A stretch of 64,000 nt of DNA, from IMG/VR virus record IMGVR_UViG_3300045988_126281. The stretch is one strand, 5' to 3'. Positions 59,968-64,000 of this stretch are shown here, in pieces. Numbering within the stretch: the stretch's first letter is position 1; every line of letters starts with the position of its first letter. This DNA comes from a virus. The notes beneath the pieces are model-generated. The model was not told where the DNA came from, ran no database searches, and saw only the letters and a list, made by a program, of their open reading frames with translations. Both the position numbers and the translations under genes were made by a program.

Positions 59968-60821
59968 TTTCTTTTTCTGTTAGTCCTATTGATAATCATA
60001 ACAAAATTAAAAAAGTTGCAGAATGTGCAAGAATTTGTTATGCTTCTGAAAATAAAGGAGATGATTCTAAAGATTTTGAATTAGTTAAAAGACTTCAACA
60101 CGATAAACATTTTAGTATGTTTAGACATATTACTTTTTATTATATTATTCCTGTTAAATCTATTAATAAAGAATGTCTTTTTAAATTTAAAAATACTCCA
60201 TACGTTGGTTATGCTAAATATAAAGGAAATTATTATTTAGCTTGTAATGGTCAATTTGTTCTTGAGCATCAAAATTTAATTAATCAATGTATTCAACCCG
60301 AATGGGAAGTTGAAAAAGAAAAATTTCAAGGAAATTATATTACTGAAAAATTAATTAGATATACTTTTAAAATTAATACTCAGATAAGTACTACACGAGA
60401 ACTTAATCGTGTTAGTCCTAATAATATTGCTGAACAATCTACAAGATATGTTGATTTTAATAAAAAATTAGGTATTCAAATTGCAACTCCTCATTGGTTT
60501 TATGGTTTAACTACCTGTAAAAGAATGTTGGCTAAACTTATGTTTAAAACTACTGAATGGAATTATAAACTTGCTAAAAAAGTTCTTGGTCTTAAACCAC
60601 AAGATGCAAGAGAATTTCTTTGTCTTGGAACTAATTCAGTTGTAGTTTATACATATTCATTAAAAGAATGGAGGCATATTCTTGATTTGAGATATTTTGG
60701 TACAACTGGTATTCCTCATCCTAATGCTTATGCAGTGGCTTCTGCTATTAAAAAGATATTTAAAGAGCATTATGATATTGATATTAATGAAAAAGGTTTT
60801 GAATCAAGTAGAATAAAATAA
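59958..60821 (+). CDS. thyX: Flavin-dependent thymidylate synthase ThyX
   Basis: Start MRLVSFS; KVAECARICYAS and HFSMFRHITFYY match the ThyX N-terminal core; S.RY motif ...EQSTRYVDF. Confidence 0.7.
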   Translation: MRLVSFSVSPIDNHNKIKKVAECARICYASENKGDDSKDFELVKRLQHDKHFSMFRHITFYYIIPVKSINKECLFKFKNTPYVGYAKYKGNYYLACNGQFVLEHQNLINQCIQPEWEVEKEKFQGNYITEKLIRYTFKINTQISTTRELNRVSPNNIAEQSTRYVDFNKKLGIQIATPHWFYGLTTCKRMLAKLMFKTTEWNYKLAKKVLGLKPQDAREFLCLGTNSVVVYTYSLKEWRHILDLRYFGTTGIPHPNAYAVASAIKKIFKEHYDIDINEKGFESSRIK

Positions 60822-60824
60822 ATT

Positions 60825-61592
60825 ATGGCAAATCTTTATGAAATAGATAATCATCTTCAATACATTATTAATGAAATTGAAGAAAGTGGTGGTGAAGTTT
60901 CAGACGAAACTTTAAAAGAACTTGAAATTACTCAAGAAGAACTTAATAAAAAACTTACTTCTTATTGTCAAGTTATCCAAGTTTATAAGAATAAACTTGA
61001 AGCTGCTAAAGCAGAAAAGAAAAGAATTAATGACCTTCAAAATGTTCGTAAAAATGTTATTGAGCGTATGAAAAATTATATGCTTGATGCTGTTCAAAAA
61101 TACGGATATGATGGAAAGTCTGGAAATAAAATTGTTGAACTTGATACTTTTAAAATTTATACTACTAATAAGAAAGCTATTGCAATTGATGAAGAACGAA
61201 ATGAAATTCTTCGTAAATGTATGATTTCATATATTATCGATTTAACAAGAAATGGTATTCTTGAAACTGGTGATGAAGTTGATTTAACTTACCTTCTTGA
61301 AGCATTAAATCAATTTGCTATTAGTGAATATGGAGAAGAATTTGAGCCATTTACTATGGCAGATTTAAAATCTTCTGGAATTAAAATTGAAGTTTCAAGT
61401 ACTTTATTTGATTTATTTAAAGATAAAGGTTATCTTGCTAAATTTATAGGAGATAATCTTGTTAATCTTACTATAACCAATGATACTAAAACAGAAGATA
61501 TTAAATTTTATAACGCTGAAGCAATTAGTATAGAACAGCCAGGTGTTACTATTGCTAAAGAAGAAATTAATACTTCTTTAACTATTAAGTAA
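60825..61592 (+). CDS. Hypothetical protein
   Basis: 255-aa ORF with a coiled-coil N-terminus. Confidence 0.55.
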   Translation: MANLYEIDNHLQYIINEIEESGGEVSDETLKELEITQEELNKKLTSYCQVIQVYKNKLEAAKAEKKRINDLQNVRKNVIERMKNYMLDAVQKYGYDGKSGNKIVELDTFKIYTTNKKAIAIDEERNEILRKCMISYIIDLTRNGILETGDEVDLTYLLEALNQFAISEYGEEFEPFTMADLKSSGIKIEVSSTLFDLFKDKGYLAKFIGDNLVNLTITNDTKTEDIKFYNAEAISIEQPGVTIAKEEINTSLTIK

Positions 61593-62246
61593 ATGATTAA
61601 AAATTATAGCGTACTTCCAGCAGCAAAAGATATTCGAGAACATATTGAAATTGAATATTCTTTTGCTGCTCAAAAGTTTTTTGGTGCTAAAGGACAAGCT
61701 CTTAGTAAACTTTATCAGTTTCTTGACCAAGTTTATAAAGATTCTTCTCCTGAAGTTATCAAAGAACTTTCTAATATAATGAATTATTATTCTAATACAG
61801 GTAATTTTAGTCCTATAACGCTTAATGATGAAGAATTTAATATGCATGGATATAATATTCGTAATAAAAATATTGTTAAATACTCTACCGCTATTGTTAA
61901 TAAAGCCGCATATTCTCTTCCATTTGATGTTAAGACAGATAGACTTTATATTACTGTAAATGGAGAAATAACTAATTGGTATCTTCATAGATGTGCAATT
62001 CCTTTACGGGCAGGCAAACAAGATTATACAATATATGCTCCAATTAAACTTTTTGCTTGGTCTGCTGTAAGCAATAAAGGTATTATTGCTGTTTCTCCTA
62101 TTGTTGAAATTAAAAAACTTCTTAAATATTATAAACTTGAAATTCTTCAAGATAATGTTATTGAAGTAGATAAGAAATATGGTGAATTAAATAAAACTTA
62201 TACAAAAGATGGCTTATTTAGTAAAGGGAGCACCATTCAGATATAA
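61593..62246 (+). CDS. Hypothetical protein
   Basis: 217-aa ORF. Confidence 0.5.
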   Translation: MIKNYSVLPAAKDIREHIEIEYSFAAQKFFGAKGQALSKLYQFLDQVYKDSSPEVIKELSNIMNYYSNTGNFSPITLNDEEFNMHGYNIRNKNIVKYSTAIVNKAAYSLPFDVKTDRLYITVNGEITNWYLHRCAIPLRAGKQDYTIYAPIKLFAWSAVSNKGIIAVSPIVEIKKLLKYYKLEILQDNVIEVDKKYGELNKTYTKDGLFSKGSTIQI

Positions 62247-62289
62247 AGGTGCTATTGATGTTTCAGATTGTCATTCTTCAAGAGAAGTT

Positions 62290-63246
62290 ATGGAAAAAGC
62301 TCATTTAGCTTGGAATGTTGATAAATGTGAGCTTTATGCTAAAATGCCAAGAATGCTTGGTAACTTTCCAGAATCTGATATTGATAGTTTTAATTTTGGT
62401 TTAAACCAATATAGAAATGTTCCTAAAGCTTATGGAACCTATCGTACTGATTGTAATTATCCGCTTGGACTTGTTGGTGAAAAATATGAAATAGTTCAAA
62501 ATACAGAAGCTTTTACTTTCTTTGATGATGCTATTGGTAAAAATCAAGCTATTTTTCAAACAGCTGGTTACTTTGGAAGAGGTGAAAGAATATTTGTTTC
62601 TGCTAAACTTCCTAATAATATTCTTGTTAATGGCGACCCAGTAGATAATTATCTTGTATTTACTAATTCTCATGATGGAAGTTCTGGAGTTAAAATTCTT
62701 TTTACTCCTATTAGAGTTATTTGTCAAAACACTCTTAATGCAGCTATTAAAACTTCAACCAACTATGTAAGTTTTAGACATACTCAATCAATTCATGATA
62801 ATATTGATATAGCTCATCAAATACTTGGTATTTGTGATGTTATGGGACGTAATGTTGGCGATTATTATCGTGAACTTGCCGCAACTGAAATGAAAGATGC
62901 TGAAGTTGATGATTATCTTTGTAGAGTTGTTCTTTCTAAAACTGAATACGGAAATCTTATTACTAATGGCTTTACTCCTACACAATTAGTTAATCGTAGT
63001 TATCATGCTGCTAACGATAATGAAATTTCTACTCAAAAAGTTAATATTCTTAGTAGTATGCGCGAATATTATGAATATGGAATAGGACAAGAAAGAATAA
63101 AAGGTACTGCTTGGGGTGCTTTTAATGCTGTTTCTGGTTATTATTCTAATCTTGAAAATAATTCAGGAATTAAACGTATGGATGCTCTTCTTTATGGAAG
63201 TAGAGCTAATATTCTTAAATATGCTGTTAATAATATAGCTGCTTAA
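62290..63246 (+). CDS. DUF932-like phage/plasmid protein
   Basis: Motif YLVFTNSHDGSSGVKILFTPIRVICQNTL matches the NSHDGS...R.VC.N core of DUF932. Confidence 0.5.
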   Translation: MEKAHLAWNVDKCELYAKMPRMLGNFPESDIDSFNFGLNQYRNVPKAYGTYRTDCNYPLGLVGEKYEIVQNTEAFTFFDDAIGKNQAIFQTAGYFGRGERIFVSAKLPNNILVNGDPVDNYLVFTNSHDGSSGVKILFTPIRVICQNTLNAAIKTSTNYVSFRHTQSIHDNIDIAHQILGICDVMGRNVGDYYRELAATEMKDAEVDDYLCRVVLSKTEYGNLITNGFTPTQLVNRSYHAANDNEISTQKVNILSSMREYYEYGIGQERIKGTAWGAFNAVSGYYSNLENNSGIKRMDALLYGSRANILKYAVNNIAA

Positions 63247-63247
63247 T

Positions 63248-63676
63248 ATGGAAATAAAAATTAAATTATTATCAGATAAAGCTAAACTCCCTGTAAAGGG
63301 AACTGATGATTCAGCTGGTTATGACCTTACTGTTGCTTCTGCATTTTGGGATAGAAGTAATAATGTAATTTCTTATGGATTTGGAATCGCTATTGAAATT
63401 CCTAAAGGTTGGGTTGGTCTTATTTTTCCTCGTTCTTCTGTTTATAAAAAGAATCTTGATTTAACTAATTGTGTTGGAGTTATTGACTCTGATTATCGTG
63501 GAGAAATTAGTGCTAAATTTAGACTCCTTAATCCAAATGCTGATAATATTTACGTTGTTGGAGAAAGAGCTGCTCAAATAGTTTTTGTTCAACACGGAAA
63601 TATCGATTTTAAGGTATCAAATGAGCTTTCTGAAACTTTAAGAGGAGCTGGAGGTTATGGACACACTGGAGATTAA
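63248..63676 (+). CDS. dut: dUTPase
   Basis: Motifs AGYDL, PRSSVYKK, GVIDSDYRGEI and a C-terminal Gly-rich RGAGGYGHTG. Confidence 0.9.
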   Translation: MEIKIKLLSDKAKLPVKGTDDSAGYDLTVASAFWDRSNNVISYGFGIAIEIPKGWVGLIFPRSSVYKKNLDLTNCVGVIDSDYRGEISAKFRLLNPNADNIYVVGERAAQIVFVQHGNIDFKVSNELSETLRGAGGYGHTGD

Positions 63677-63679
63677 ATT

Positions 63680-63943
63680 ATGATTTTTTATTATACTCTT
63701 AATATTCGTTATTGTGATATTTCTAAAAAGAAAATAGATAATATTGAATGTTCTTGTGCTACTAATGGTGTTCAGCGTTCTATTAAAGATATTTCTGATT
63801 ATTATCAAAATCTTTATGATTGGGTCATAATAGATTGTGATGCTGAAATACAAATTTGGAAAAGTATTAAATTTACTATTCTTGATTTTATTTTTAAATT
63901 TGATTGGATTAGAAATAAATTTACTAAAATTGAAAAAGATTAA
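63680..63943 (+). CDS. Small hypothetical Cys-containing protein
   Basis: 87-aa ORF. Confidence 0.45.
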   Translation: MIFYYTLNIRYCDISKKKIDNIECSCATNGVQRSIKDISDYYQNLYDWVIIDCDAEIQIWKSIKFTILDFIFKFDWIRNKFTKIEKD

Positions 63944-63964
63944 TGTTTAACTGCCTGTAAAGGG

Positions 63965-64000
<36 letters not shown>

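Overview
AT-rich (~70% A+T) double-stranded DNA phage segment. Gene content and order are those of a crAss-like podovirus of Bacteroidales. The left ~36 kb (1..35771) is transcribed almost entirely leftward on the - strand. It carries the morphogenesis module in the order large terminase, portal, acidic scaffold-like protein, major capsid, several structural proteins, then a tandem array of BACON/PEGA-domain tail-fibre paralogs and a 1398-aa tail protein. It also carries a lysis cassette (GH108 endolysin, membrane proteins, lipoprotein) and a complete diversity-generating retroelement. The DGR consists of a reverse transcriptase, a template repeat and a 792-aa target gene whose 3' end holds an adenine-specific variable repeat. 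The right ~28 kb (35739..64000) is transcribed rightward. It encodes two RepL-like paralogs, three tRNAs (Lys-TTT, Leu-TAA, Gln-TTG), an SF1B helicase, a family-B DNA polymerase, a DnaG-like primase, an ATP-dependent ligase, ThyX, dUTPase, a RecT-like protein, an SSB-tail-like protein and many small ORFs. The two modules meet in a ~2.5-kb non-coding region (37030..39640). It contains an irregular (TA/ATA)n tract, hairpins, a strongly C-depleted + strand segment and direct repeats, and is a plausible origin or early control region. The most unusual feature is a degenerate ~13-20-nt motif with core CTGCCTGTAAAGGAAT and a transition variant CTGCCCGTAGAGG. It is present in about 24 copies, in both orientations, inside coding sequences in all reading frames and in intergenic regions. 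It sometimes occurs as inverted pairs that form hairpins or bracket short segments, and twice carries a GC-rich hairpin extension, one of them in frame inside the DNA polymerase gene. No integrase, transposase or CRISPR array was seen.
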